From IMG/VR virus record IMGVR_UViG_3300044983_000111, positions 1 to 33,600 of that record: a DNA stretch of 33,600 nt. One strand, given 5' to 3'. The position numbers and the translations under genes were made by a program. The notes beneath the pieces were generated by a model that saw nothing but the letters and a program-made list of their open reading frames with translations, did not search any database and was not told the DNA's origin. Source of the stretch: a virus (taxonomy: Duplodnaviria; Caudoviricetes). Within the stretch, counting starts at the first letter, position 1, and each line of letters opens with the position of its first letter. This document shows positions 17,207-25,693 of this stretch, piece after piece.

Positions 17207-18589
17207 ATGGAATCATCAGATGCACTTAAATTCTCAGAACTAGCTAAATTCCTTCCTAAACAGAAGGACGCACAAGAAGCCTCTAAACGCTTTAAGTTTG
17301 TTTTGTATGGTGGATCACTTGGCTCAGGTAAATCATACTGGCTCAGATGGATGATGGTGTATTGGTTAATGAAATACTACGCTAAGTATGGGCTTAAGGG
17401 TGTACGAGCAGGACTCTTCTGTGAAGACTATACCAGTCTTAACGATCGTCATCTGTCAAAGGTAAAGTATGAGTTTCCATCATGGCTAGGACGATACAAC
17501 TCTCAGTATCATGAGTTTACTCTTGCTCCTGAATATGGAAGTGGAGTAATCGCCTTTCGTAACCTTGATGATCCTGAGAAGTATCTGTCAGTAGAATTTG
17601 CTGTCATGGGTGTTGATGAGATCAATCGTAACCCTGTGACAACATTCAGAGAGCTTCGAAAGCGTTTGCGTTGGGCTGGCATTAAAGATGTACGCTTCAT
17701 GGGTGCATGTAATCCAGTAGGTGAAGCATGGGTAAAGAACTTGTGGGTAAAGCGTATGTTCCCTAAAGAGGAGAACGAACAGTATGAGTTTGTATTCGTA
17801 CCAGCATTACCAACAGACAATCCATACCTTGACGCGACATACTACAAGTCTCTTGAGTCATTACCTGAAGCAGAGCGTAAGGCTTTCTTGGAAGGTGACT
17901 GGGATTCATTTAGTGAGACAATGGATGCTAAAGGATACATCCGTGTTGTGAGTGATAGAGAGTTACAAAATAGTATTGTCCAGCAAGGAGATCATTCAGG
18001 GTACAAGATATTGGGTGTTGATCCTGCAGCAGGAGGAGATAAGTCATGTATTGTACTCAAATCAGGTAATTTACAAGAGATTCTCTTTAATCAGAAGCTC
18101 GAAGACACCATGGACTTAGTAGGCGTAATAATGGAGAAATATCGAGACTCTAAAGCTGATTTCATTGTCATTGATAAGTCTGGTGTTGGTCAGGGAGTGT
18201 ATGATCGCATTAAACAACTGGATTACCCATGCCGTGGTGTGTCATTTGGTGAGAAGAGTGAGGATGATATGTTTGCTAACCTAAAGGCTGAATGGCATTG
18301 GCGTGAAAGACAGTGGTTACTATCAGGTGGTAGATTGTTAGCCAATGAAGGATGGAATGAATTTGAATACGTAAAATACAAGAACAAAGAGGGAAAGATA
18401 ATTATCCAACCAAAAGAGGATCTATTTAAAGATGGGCTGATGTCTCCTAACTGTGTTGATGCTGCTGTGCTTACTCAAGTCATTGATGACAACGTCATTC
18501 GCAGCAATAGAATTATGAAAATGAACCAGGGCAGACCATTTTACGATAAGACTGTGGAGATTTGGCATGATGGACAGAAAGAAATTTGA
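17207..18589 (+). CDS. terL: Terminase large subunit
   Basis: Walker A GGSLGSGKS, Walker B VMGVDE, ACNP motif III, RNase H-like LGVDPA...DKSGVG...SPNCVDA. Confidence 0.95.
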   Translation: MESSDALKFSELAKFLPKQKDAQEASKRFKFVLYGGSLGSGKSYWLRWMMVYWLMKYYAKYGLKGVRAGLFCEDYTSLNDRHLSKVKYEFPSWLGRYNSQYHEFTLAPEYGSGVIAFRNLDDPEKYLSVEFAVMGVDEINRNPVTTFRELRKRLRWAGIKDVRFMGACNPVGEAWVKNLWVKRMFPKEENEQYEFVFVPALPTDNPYLDATYYKSLESLPEAERKAFLEGDWDSFSETMDAKGYIRVVSDRELQNSIVQQGDHSGYKILGVDPAAGGDKSCIVLKSGNLQEILFNQKLEDTMDLVGVIMEKYRDSKADFIVIDKSGVGQGVYDRIKQLDYPCRGVSFGEKSEDDMFANLKAEWHWRERQWLLSGGRLLANEGWNEFEYVKYKNKEGKIIIQPKEDLFKDGLMSPNCVDAAVLTQVIDDNVIRSNRIMKMNQGRPFYDKTVEIWHDGQKEI

Positions 18590-18613
18590 CCTATAATTAA
18601 TAGGTGATATAAT
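18586..18613 (+). promoter_or_regulatory. Sigma70-type promoter for the head module
   Basis: TTGACC (18586-18591), 16-bp spacer, TATAAT (18608-18613) with TG extension. Confidence 0.7.
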
Positions 18614-18634
18614 TGAGTTTAATTAAATACTTTA

Positions 18635-18736
18635 CATACCTCCGCTAGAAGTATGGGTTGTTTGCCTCTTGGCCTATAACATCTCTAGCGGAATGATATA
18701 GTCCTGGAACTAAGCCACCCATATTGGGTGTTTTTT
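18635..18736 (+). ncRNA. Kissing-loop attenuator-like RNA, copy 1
   Basis: P1 CATAC/GTATG with loop TCCGCTAGA; P2 GGCCTATAACAT/ATGATATAGTCC with loop cTCTAGCGGA; terminator CACCC/GGGTG plus T6; homologous to 21895-22001. Confidence 0.75.
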
Positions 18737-18739
18737 AAT

Positions 18740-19165
18740 ATGAAAAAGAAGCTACAACTTGAAGATCACCTCGGACGTTCAGGAAAACTGATTGAGAAAG
18801 ATGCTATAGATGCTCCAGTCAAAGACATTGAATGGAAAGCTCAAGAGATGGAAGCACCAGTGTCTGATCCTCTCGCCGATGATGGTTCAGGAAAAGAAGT
18901 GATACTCAGACGGTTTCAGTTCCAATTTCCCCCAAATCTACCAACTAAGCCGACAAAGAAAGAAATACTCGCGTTTCATAAGGACAAACTAAACATATTC
19001 CTATGGAAAGATGAGCTTGAATTAATCCAGACACCCAAAGTACGTGTACACAAGACAGGATACGACATATTCGCTACCTGTATTGCTAAGAAAGGTTCTT
19101 TAATATTTGAAAAGCCTAAACTATTACAACATGCCATCACCCAGCAACCAGGCTCAAGAGATTGA
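18740..19165 (+). CDS. Hypothetical protein upstream of portal
   Basis: 141 aa from ATG 18740, directly after the terminator U-tract. Confidence 0.7.
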   Translation: MKKKLQLEDHLGRSGKLIEKDAIDAPVKDIEWKAQEMEAPVSDPLADDGSGKEVILRRFQFQFPPNLPTKPTKKEILAFHKDKLNIFLWKDELELIQTPKVRVHKTGYDIFATCIAKKGSLIFEKPKLLQHAITQQPGSRD

Positions 19166-21185
19166 TGCCCGACCTCAAATTCTCAGAGATATCGAGACCA
19201 GCTATATGGAGTCTACGCAGTTTCTTCAGGAGCGTAAAAGACGCCAAGTTAACCAGCTTATTCTTCTCAATAATCTTCAACGTGGGGATGAGAATATCGC
19301 CTCTACTCTTTTACTCACTCTGTTTAATCGATTATTGTCTAATCTGTATGAAGATAGACTACAGGTTAAGTTTCTTCCCACTCAAGGGATCACACAGGAT
19401 CAGTTAAACTCATATAACATACTTGCTCAGTCAGATTACCTTGAAATGGATAAGGCAAGAATGGACTACGATTGGATTTGGGATACATTGTTCTTTGGAC
19501 GTGGTTATGTTGAGACATATCAGTTTGATACCAAACGAAAGCTCATGGTTCCTAATGTTATTAATCCTCTTGTCTTTGGATATGATCCATACTTTGAAGA
19601 TGTTAAAGATTGGCGATATTACTGGAAGTGGATTACTAAGAATAAATGGCAACTCACAAAGCTTATTAAAGATGGTGTGATTGATGGCATTAAATCAACA
19701 GACGAAATTGAATCAGGCATTGATCCTCAATTGTATGATTATAAGGCTCGACGTGATAAAGCTAAGAAAGGTATTGAACCAAGTCTTAATCCAATGGGTA
19801 ATGATGTATTTCAGCTATTTGAATTTTATGGCTATAACGAAGAAGGAAAGAAGTGTTGTTACTGGACTGATAAGTCATTCTCTAAAATCCTCATGAAAGA
19901 GGAATTAGATCTACAAGACGGTGAGGATGGAGAATCTAATTGGCCATTAGTAGTGAAAGAAGCCTTCCGAGAACCACACTCAACCATTAACTTCTCTGTA
20001 GCTGATCTTTTGGAAGATAAGCATCGAGCACGATCTGTGCTTCTAAACCTTGCGTTCATTGCGGCCAAGGACAAAGCTAACCCACTGTACATGTATAACC
20101 CTGATAAGGTGAAGGATGTCACACAGCTATTCTCACGACAGATCAATCAGCACGTACCCGTCAATGATGTAAATGGAGCGATCATGCCTCTTAACATTGA
20201 AGAGCCTATGTCTGCTGGACTCATGCAGTTTATGCAACTTCTCAACGCTGAAGCAGAGAACCCAACAGGATCAGGTCAACCTACTCATCAAGCAGGCTCA
20301 AAGAGTAAGTCTACAGCAACTCAAGTGGCTATTGAAACACAGCTTAACCAAATGGCATTCTCTTTGCAGTCTAAGGTTACCCAGTTTGGTGAAAAAGAGT
20401 TCTGGTCTAAATGGTTTCATCAATATGCACGTCATGCAAATGATATGGGAACAAAAATTGCTAACATTGTGGGGGTGAAAGGTGTTAATTCTACTGAAAT
20501 AGATCTTAAGGATTTCAATACAAAGTATCCTCCTGGAGTATTGGTATACTCTGCCAAAGAAGCAGAAGCAACAGAGTTGGTATTGCGTAATACGCTTACA
20601 CAAATCTATCCTGAACTTGCACAAACTCTCGATGCAGATGGTATGCGAAACTTCCAAAAACATGTATATTTCCCTAAATTATTGCAAGATCCATCACTTA
20701 TTGATATAATGTTACCAAAGACATTAGATGAGATGAAAGCGGAAGGAGAGAATGAACAATTGGCAAAAGACAACATGCCAGATGTTTCAGAAACAGATAA
20801 CCACACTACTCACATCTATACTCACCATATGGTTCAGCCGAAGACGTGGGCTACTTGGATGCATATTGCTTGGCACGAAGAATTACTCGATAAACAAAAG
20901 AAGGAACAACAAGGTCAGGGGCAGGGAGGAGATAACAAAGTAAGCGAATCAATTTCATACAAAGATTTACCTCCAGACGGACAAGTACAAATGGCTCAGC
21001 AGGCAGGGATTAAAATAGCACCTCCTCAGCCACAACAAGACACGCAACCTTGGTCATCACAGAGCCCTACAGGGCAATCTAAAGCAAAACAAAAGCCGAT
21101 GGGAGCACAAAAAAAGAATCCATTATCAATGACGGCACCTCTTAAAACAGAAATGAATAAGAACCTTGCCGGTAATTTACAATAA
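19131..21185 (+). CDS. Portal protein (P22-like, with Q-rich C-terminal extension)
   Basis: Size (~685 aa), position between terL and head genes, helical core, WDTLFFGRG..E and ATQV motifs resembling P22-type portals. Confidence 0.8.
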   Translation: MPSPSNQAQEIDARPQILRDIETSYMESTQFLQERKRRQVNQLILLNNLQRGDENIASTLLLTLFNRLLSNLYEDRLQVKFLPTQGITQDQLNSYNILAQSDYLEMDKARMDYDWIWDTLFFGRGYVETYQFDTKRKLMVPNVINPLVFGYDPYFEDVKDWRYYWKWITKNKWQLTKLIKDGVIDGIKSTDEIESGIDPQLYDYKARRDKAKKGIEPSLNPMGNDVFQLFEFYGYNEEGKKCCYWTDKSFSKILMKEELDLQDGEDGESNWPLVVKEAFREPHSTINFSVADLLEDKHRARSVLLNLAFIAAKDKANPLYMYNPDKVKDVTQLFSRQINQHVPVNDVNGAIMPLNIEEPMSAGLMQFMQLLNAEAENPTGSGQPTHQAGSKSKSTATQVAIETQLNQMAFSLQSKVTQFGEKEFWSKWFHQYARHANDMGTKIANIVGVKGVNSTEIDLKDFNTKYPPGVLVYSAKEAEATELVLRNTLTQIYPELAQTLDADGMRNFQKHVYFPKLLQDPSLIDIMLPKTLDEMKAEGENEQLAKDNMPDVSETDNHTTHIYTHHMVQPKTWATWMHIAWHEELLDKQKKEQQGQGQGGDNKVSESISYKDLPPDGQVQMAQQAGIKIAPPQPQQDTQPWSSQSPTGQSKAKQKPMGAQKKNPLSMTAPLKTEMNKNLAGNLQ

Positions 21186-21189
21186 AACT

Positions 21190-21627
21190 ATGGTAGCAAA
21201 TTATTCACCAAAACTTCCACAAGATAGAGCAGGAGCACCAATGCAGGAGTATCCAGCTCCACTTAAAGCTAAGGCCCAGTATGTTGCTGCGCCCGTAGCA
21301 TCGTCAGTTGTTTCTCTAACCGATAACACTACTGCTGTAGAAATCGGAGCAATTGGAGGAGGAGGCATTCTCATGCGATGGGTACCCGTAACAGAAACAG
21401 CAGCAGGTGCACCGTTTGGAAGTGTTATTGCAAGTGGAGCAGGAGCAAACTACGACCACTTTATTCCAGCTAACCAATACAGACGATTTGTTGTACCAAT
21501 TGATCCACTTGATACACCAGCACCTCAGAGTGTTGTTGGATTAAACGTACAGTTAGGTTTGTATAGTCGTATTGCATGGATTAATGCTACAGCTACAAGC
21601 TCTAGTGTATTTGGAACAGAATATTAA
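21190..21627 (+). CDS. Probable virion structural/decoration protein
   Basis: A/V/G/S/T-rich beta-type composition, located in the head module. Confidence 0.55.
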   Translation: MVANYSPKLPQDRAGAPMQEYPAPLKAKAQYVAAPVASSVVSLTDNTTAVEIGAIGGGGILMRWVPVTETAAGAPFGSVIASGAGANYDHFIPANQYRRFVVPIDPLDTPAPQSVVGLNVQLGLYSRIAWINATATSSSVFGTEY

Positions 21628-21644
21628 TATTAACTAATAATATA

Positions 21645-21761
21645 ATGGATGAGAAAGAAAAATTAGAAGAAGAGACAGTTGAGACAACTTCAGAGGAAGT
21701 AGTTGAAGAAAAAGAAGAAGCTCCAGTCGAGGCTCCTGTAGAAATAGTAGAATCATTATAA
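21645..21761 (+). CDS. 38-aa highly acidic peptide (not in ORF track)
   Basis: MDEKEKLEEETVETTSEEVVEEKEEAPVEAPVEIVESL. Confidence 0.55.
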   Translation: MDEKEKLEEETVETTSEEVVEEKEEAPVEAPVEIVESL

Positions 21762-21762
21762 T

Positions 21763-21873
21763 ATGGCAAAAGCAACAGCTAAAAAAAAATTAGGAAAATA
21801 CGCATCAAAGCCTGTGAGAGGTAAATTAGCAAAGGCAGCAGAAAAGATGATGTTCAGTAAGAAGTCAAAATAA
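21763..21873 (+). CDS. 36-aa Lys/Ala-rich basic peptide (not in ORF track)
   Basis: MAKATAKKKLGKYASKPVRGKLAKAAEKMMFSKKSK. Confidence 0.6.
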   Translation: MAKATAKKKLGKYASKPVRGKLAKAAEKMMFSKKSK

Positions 21874-21894
21874 AGGTCGAAATAATTTAATAAG

Positions 21895-22001
21895 ATACTT
21901 ACTTCCGCTAGAAGTATGGGTGACTGAGTTTATCACCTGTGCATCTCTAGCGGAATGTACAGATGGTAACCTAAGCCACTCATACGAGTGGTTTTCTTTT
22001 T
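21895..22001 (+). ncRNA. Kissing-loop attenuator-like RNA, copy 2
   Basis: P1 TACT/AGTA with loop TCCGCTAGA; P2 TTATCACCTGTGCAT/ATGTACAGATGGTAA with loop cTCTAGCGGA; terminator AAGCCACTC/GAGTGGTTT plus U-tract. Confidence 0.75.
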
Positions 22002-22031
22002 ATATTCTTAATCAATTAATTATTAAATAAC

Positions 22032-22538
22032 ATGGCAATCAGACTACCAAGTTCACCCGTTCTCGCATTTCGTTCGTCAATCGCATCAGCAGTTACAGAT
22101 GCAGCGACTATAATCCTTCCACAGGATACAGACGCAATCACTGTTGCTGTAACGTCGTCAGTATTTGGTATCACTACTCTCAATACATTTGTCCAAACAT
22201 CACCAGATGGAGGAACAACATGGATTGATATGGGTAATATCGGAACAATCACAGCTACAACAGGTGCTACACCTACAACAGCTTTGCAGCAACCATGGAT
22301 CGCACATTTCGACACTATTGGTGCTCAAGCGAATCAAGGAACTACATCAGTGGTATCAGTGGGATCAGTTGCATCACGAGGTATCAATCAGGTAGGAGCA
22401 TCAGTAATTGGAGCAGGTCAGTACTCAGGAGTTCCAATCCTAGGTCGAAATCTCCGAATCTTCCACAAAGCAACAGGAACAGGAGCAAGTGATATTTTGA
22501 CTCAGGTATACGTTCATAATCAGAACAATCGAACTTAA
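22032..22538 (+). CDS. Probable virion structural/decoration protein
   Basis: S/T/G/A-rich; QTSPDGGTTWID turn motif common in small beta-sandwich virion proteins. Confidence 0.6.
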   Translation: MAIRLPSSPVLAFRSSIASAVTDAATIILPQDTDAITVAVTSSVFGITTLNTFVQTSPDGGTTWIDMGNIGTITATTGATPTTALQQPWIAHFDTIGAQANQGTTSVVSVGSVASRGINQVGASVIGAGQYSGVPILGRNLRIFHKATGTGASDILTQVYVHNQNNRT

Positions 22539-22547
22539 GTTAATACA

Positions 22548-22913
22548 ATGAATAATTCTTTTATTGCATTAGATAATCTTGAACCAATTGATAAACCTCA
22601 AGAAATAGATAGAAGCCCATGGCTTCGTCAGAAGGAAGTTGAATTGATCAAAATTATCGAAGCTCTACAAAGAGTAAATGTTTCAGAAGATTGGAGTACA
22701 TTGAAATCACACATATTTGAAGGAGTCGTCGAGAAACTTGAAAAAGATATGCTCGATGAAGCTAAAAAGGATAGTCCTGATTTATCAAAGCTCGCAAGTT
22801 TGAAAGGTCAATTTGTATGGGCTAAGAAGTATTCGGATTTAGACTCACTCGCTCAAGCCTTCAAAGTTGAATTACAAGGAATAAGACAAACACTAAAAAA
22901 CTATGGTAAATAA
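22548..22913 (+). CDS. Hypothetical helical protein, head module
   Basis: 121-aa ORF. Confidence 0.65.
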   Translation: MNNSFIALDNLEPIDKPQEIDRSPWLRQKEVELIKIIEALQRVNVSEDWSTLKSHIFEGVVEKLEKDMLDEAKKDSPDLSKLASLKGQFVWAKKYSDLDSLAQAFKVELQGIRQTLKNYGK

Positions 22914-23295
22914 AACACCAACCGACGGAGCGGTTACTGCTCCAGATGCCCCAGTCTACGTTGCACCAGCACCGAGACAGAAGATAGTAGAACGACAAGG
23001 TAGTCAATCAGAACCATTTGTACGACACTGGCCACAAGTCCGTGTAGGTATCTGTGAGTTCTGTGGAGTTTTGGATCATAACGTTGAATCCCAATTCCAA
23101 TACAAACTTTGTCCACATTATCGAGGTATGGAACTTAGATGTTCATACTGTCCTGACACAAAAAACCCAGAAGAGGTTAATGGTCATGCAGTTCTTAACA
23201 TTGTTGAGCATCCAGACAATCCCGACAAACTTATTATTTGTTGTGACTCGTATGAATGTTCACGTAAACACCAGGCTCGATTTAAGAGGAATTAA
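22903..23295 (+). CDS. Cys/His-rich putative Zn-binding protein
   Basis: CEFC, CPH, CSYC, CCDSYEC..KH. Confidence 0.65.
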   Translation: MVNKTPTDGAVTAPDAPVYVAPAPRQKIVERQGSQSEPFVRHWPQVRVGICEFCGVLDHNVESQFQYKLCPHYRGMELRCSYCPDTKNPEEVNGHAVLNIVEHPDNPDKLIICCDSYECSRKHQARFKRN

Positions 23296-23296
23296 C

Positions 23297-23376
23297 TCTT
23301 CACATGAGGTCAGTGCCCTTATGTGCACGTATTAATAACTAATCTTCATACGGAGTTCGTCGCCGTATGCACGTAT
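23297..23376 (+). promoter_or_regulatory. Tandem TCTT-[hairpin]-CACGTAT elements in the scaffold-gene leader
   Basis: Unit 1 CACATGAGG/CCTTATGTG (23301-23325); unit 2 CATACGG/CCGTATG (23347-23369); identical flanks. Confidence 0.55.
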
Positions 23377-23387
23377 AAGACAGCTAT

Positions 23388-23870
23388 ATGAATGAAGAAG
23401 AATTAGAGCTACAAGCTCAGGCAGAAATTACAAACAAAAACACAGTTGAAGATAGAATGAAAAATCTTTCAAAGGCTAAACTTGAAGCAGAAGCTAAGGC
23501 AGAAGCAGAGGCAAAGTCCCGAGCAGAAGCAGAGGCCAAAGTTCAAACAGCAGAGAAAGAAAGAGACTTCTACGCTTCGTTCTCTGACTCTATATCTAAA
23601 TATCCTTCAGCTAATGAGCATAAAGATGCCATTAAGGAAAAGGTGATGTCGGGATATACAGTCGAAGATGCAACAGTATCTGTTCTCGCTAAAGAAGGGA
23701 AACTTGGATCAGTCCAAGCTCCCCCTCCCCCTAGGCAATCTCCAGCAGGAGGATCAGCTTCTAACCAGATTGGATCTAATGGAAGCAAACCTCTTGGAGA
23801 AATGACACGGGAAGAAAAGCGACAAGCGATATTGGACGCAGAATCACGAGGTGATATCTCAAATAACTAA
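23388..23870 (+). CDS. Probable capsid scaffolding protein
   Basis: Coiled coil (EAEAKAEAEAK), Pro/Gly linker, C-terminal EMTREE helix; directly upstream of the major capsid gene. Confidence 0.7.
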   Translation: MNEEELELQAQAEITNKNTVEDRMKNLSKAKLEAEAKAEAEAKSRAEAEAKVQTAEKERDFYASFSDSISKYPSANEHKDAIKEKVMSGYTVEDATVSVLAKEGKLGSVQAPPPPRQSPAGGSASNQIGSNGSKPLGEMTREEKRQAILDAESRGDISNN

Positions 23871-23894
23871 TTCAACTGCCTAACTTTTAAAAAC

Positions 23895-24962
23895 ATGGCA
23901 GTAACAGTAAGAAATTCAGGCTGGGGAGGTTCTTCAGGAAACACATCTGAACTCTTGGTTGCATATATCCAGGATGAAATTCGTGTTCTTGAACCAGATC
24001 TTCAGTATGCACGACTCGGTAAACAGCGAAATGCTCCAAAAGGATATGACAGAATTCTATTCCCACAGACAAACCAGCTTCCAGTCAAAGTAAACGTATC
24101 TATTCAGGGTACACTCTCAGGTTCAGTATTTGGAAACGGCCCTATGCCATCAGTCGGTGGAAACACAGACGGTCAGGCAAACTCACCAGTGTCATCATCA
24201 TTCGGTGTAGCTGCTATTACAGAAGGTACAAATCCTACAGCAGTTACATGGGGTGCGACAGCCTATAGTTCTGGACCATATCAGTTCGGTATTCTCGTAC
24301 AGGTAACAGATCTTCTTGTTCATAACTCAGCTATTGAAGTAGTTGACTCATGTACGATGCAGGTTCGAAATTCACTTGCACGACTTGTCGATACCGTGAT
24401 CCAAAACGTAGTTAACGGAGGTGCAAACGGCATTATCTACGCAGGTGGTAAAACATCTCGTACAGGTTTGGCAGCAGGAGACCTATTGACTCAGACAGAA
24501 ATGACTAAGGCAGTACGTAACCTACGATCAGCTAATGCCGCAGGACTTCGACCATTCGAAGGTAAGTATTTTGCAGGTATCATCCACCCATATGCGATGT
24601 CAGACCTTATGTCGAACACATCGTCAGGTGCATGGATTGATGTTGCTCGATATTCATCTGTCGATGACCTTAAAGAAGGTCGTATGGGTGATTTCCGAGG
24701 AGTTCGATACATGGAAACAGCATACCAGAACGTGTTTAACTCAACGACTACAGTGTTCCCAACAACACTTATCGGTGAGGACTCATTCGGATGGGGCTAC
24801 TTCCAGGAGCCAACTCCAATTCTCGTAACTACTCCAGATGCAGGTAACCCATTGAATCTTTTCAATTCAATCGGAGGTAAGGTCACATTGGGTGTTACTC
24901 GATTTGAAGATACTCCAACAGTACAGCGAATCATTCGCGTTGAATCAGCAGTGTCAGCGTAA
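23895..24962 (+). CDS. Major capsid protein (HK97 fold, N4-gp56-like family)
   Basis: ITEGTNP, QFG....TD, GIIHP....DL, GRMGDFRGVRYMET, PLN....IG.K and IIRVESA patterns. Confidence 0.88.
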   Translation: MAVTVRNSGWGGSSGNTSELLVAYIQDEIRVLEPDLQYARLGKQRNAPKGYDRILFPQTNQLPVKVNVSIQGTLSGSVFGNGPMPSVGGNTDGQANSPVSSSFGVAAITEGTNPTAVTWGATAYSSGPYQFGILVQVTDLLVHNSAIEVVDSCTMQVRNSLARLVDTVIQNVVNGGANGIIYAGGKTSRTGLAAGDLLTQTEMTKAVRNLRSANAAGLRPFEGKYFAGIIHPYAMSDLMSNTSSGAWIDVARYSSVDDLKEGRMGDFRGVRYMETAYQNVFNSTTTVFPTTLIGEDSFGWGYFQEPTPILVTTPDAGNPLNLFNSIGGKVTLGVTRFEDTPTVQRIIRVESAVSA

Positions 24963-24973
24963 TTGCTATGCTC

Positions 24974-24996
24974 CTCAGTCCCTTATGGGGATTGGG
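24974..24996 (+). other. Stem-loop after the capsid gene (stability/processing/weak terminator)
   Basis: CTCAGTCCC-TTATG-GGGATTGGG; no U-tract. Confidence 0.5.
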
Positions 24997-25010
24997 ATAA
25001 CCTAACAATT

Positions 25011-25691
25011 ATGGCTACCAGTATACTGTCTGCAATTACATACGCCCGCCAGCTTGCCTCAACAGACTCAAACGGTATTTCAGATACATTGGGCTTGGCT
25101 TTTGCGAATGATACGCAGAATGATGTCATTCGTGAACTAACAGAGAGAAACATCAATGCAGCGAAACTTACGTTCCCTGTAGCGTCAGTGCTTTCAGCTA
25201 ATACCACTTCGTTTACATGGCCATCAGATTTATATGCGTTAAAGACAATTGAGATTAACTATACGGATAGTAATCAGCAAAACTATATTCAGGCAGAGAA
25301 CGTAGAAATATCTAATACGCAAAGTCAGTCATTTGATTGGCTCAGACTCAATCAACCTACAACACAACCCTTATTCGCTAACTATGGGCCAACATGGGAA
25401 GCCTTTCCAACTCCTAAAGTAGCAGCCAGTGTGAAGTTTGTATATTTCACGTTGCCGACTGAATACCCCGATGTGGGGACAGCTATTCCATATCCATTGA
25501 CACTAGATTATCGAGTTCTTGGGGTTGGAATTGCAAAGTTGTACAAGATGTCTTTGGATGAATTCAGTTCCTCTCAATCATTTGATATTGAGTATAAAAA
25601 AAGAATAAACAAGATTATCAATATCCTTGCTCCAGCTTCACAGCAACCAATAACAGCAGAACCGATTCATTTAAGTGGATACGAATTTTAA
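25011..25691 (+). CDS. Probable head-tail adaptor
   Basis: Position after MCP; FAND...., FT.PSD.....IE and FPTP pattern of phage adaptor proteins; start moved to ATG 25011. Confidence 0.6.
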   Translation: MATSILSAITYARQLASTDSNGISDTLGLAFANDTQNDVIRELTERNINAAKLTFPVASVLSANTTSFTWPSDLYALKTIEINYTDSNQQNYIQAENVEISNTQSQSFDWLRLNQPTTQPLFANYGPTWEAFPTPKVAASVKFVYFTLPTEYPDVGTAIPYPLTLDYRVLGVGIAKLYKMSLDEFSSSQSFDIEYKKRINKIINILAPASQQPITAEPIHLSGYEF

Positions 25692-25693
25692 CT

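Noticed and set aside
18635-18736. Known self-cleaving ribozyme (HDV/theta, twister, hammerhead) for the duplicated RNA
   Set aside because: CTAAG resembles HDV J4/2 or twister L4, but the nested P1-P2-P3 order, twister UAA/GAG strands and hammerhead CUGAnGA/GAAA cores could not be found; a terminator/antiterminator fits better.
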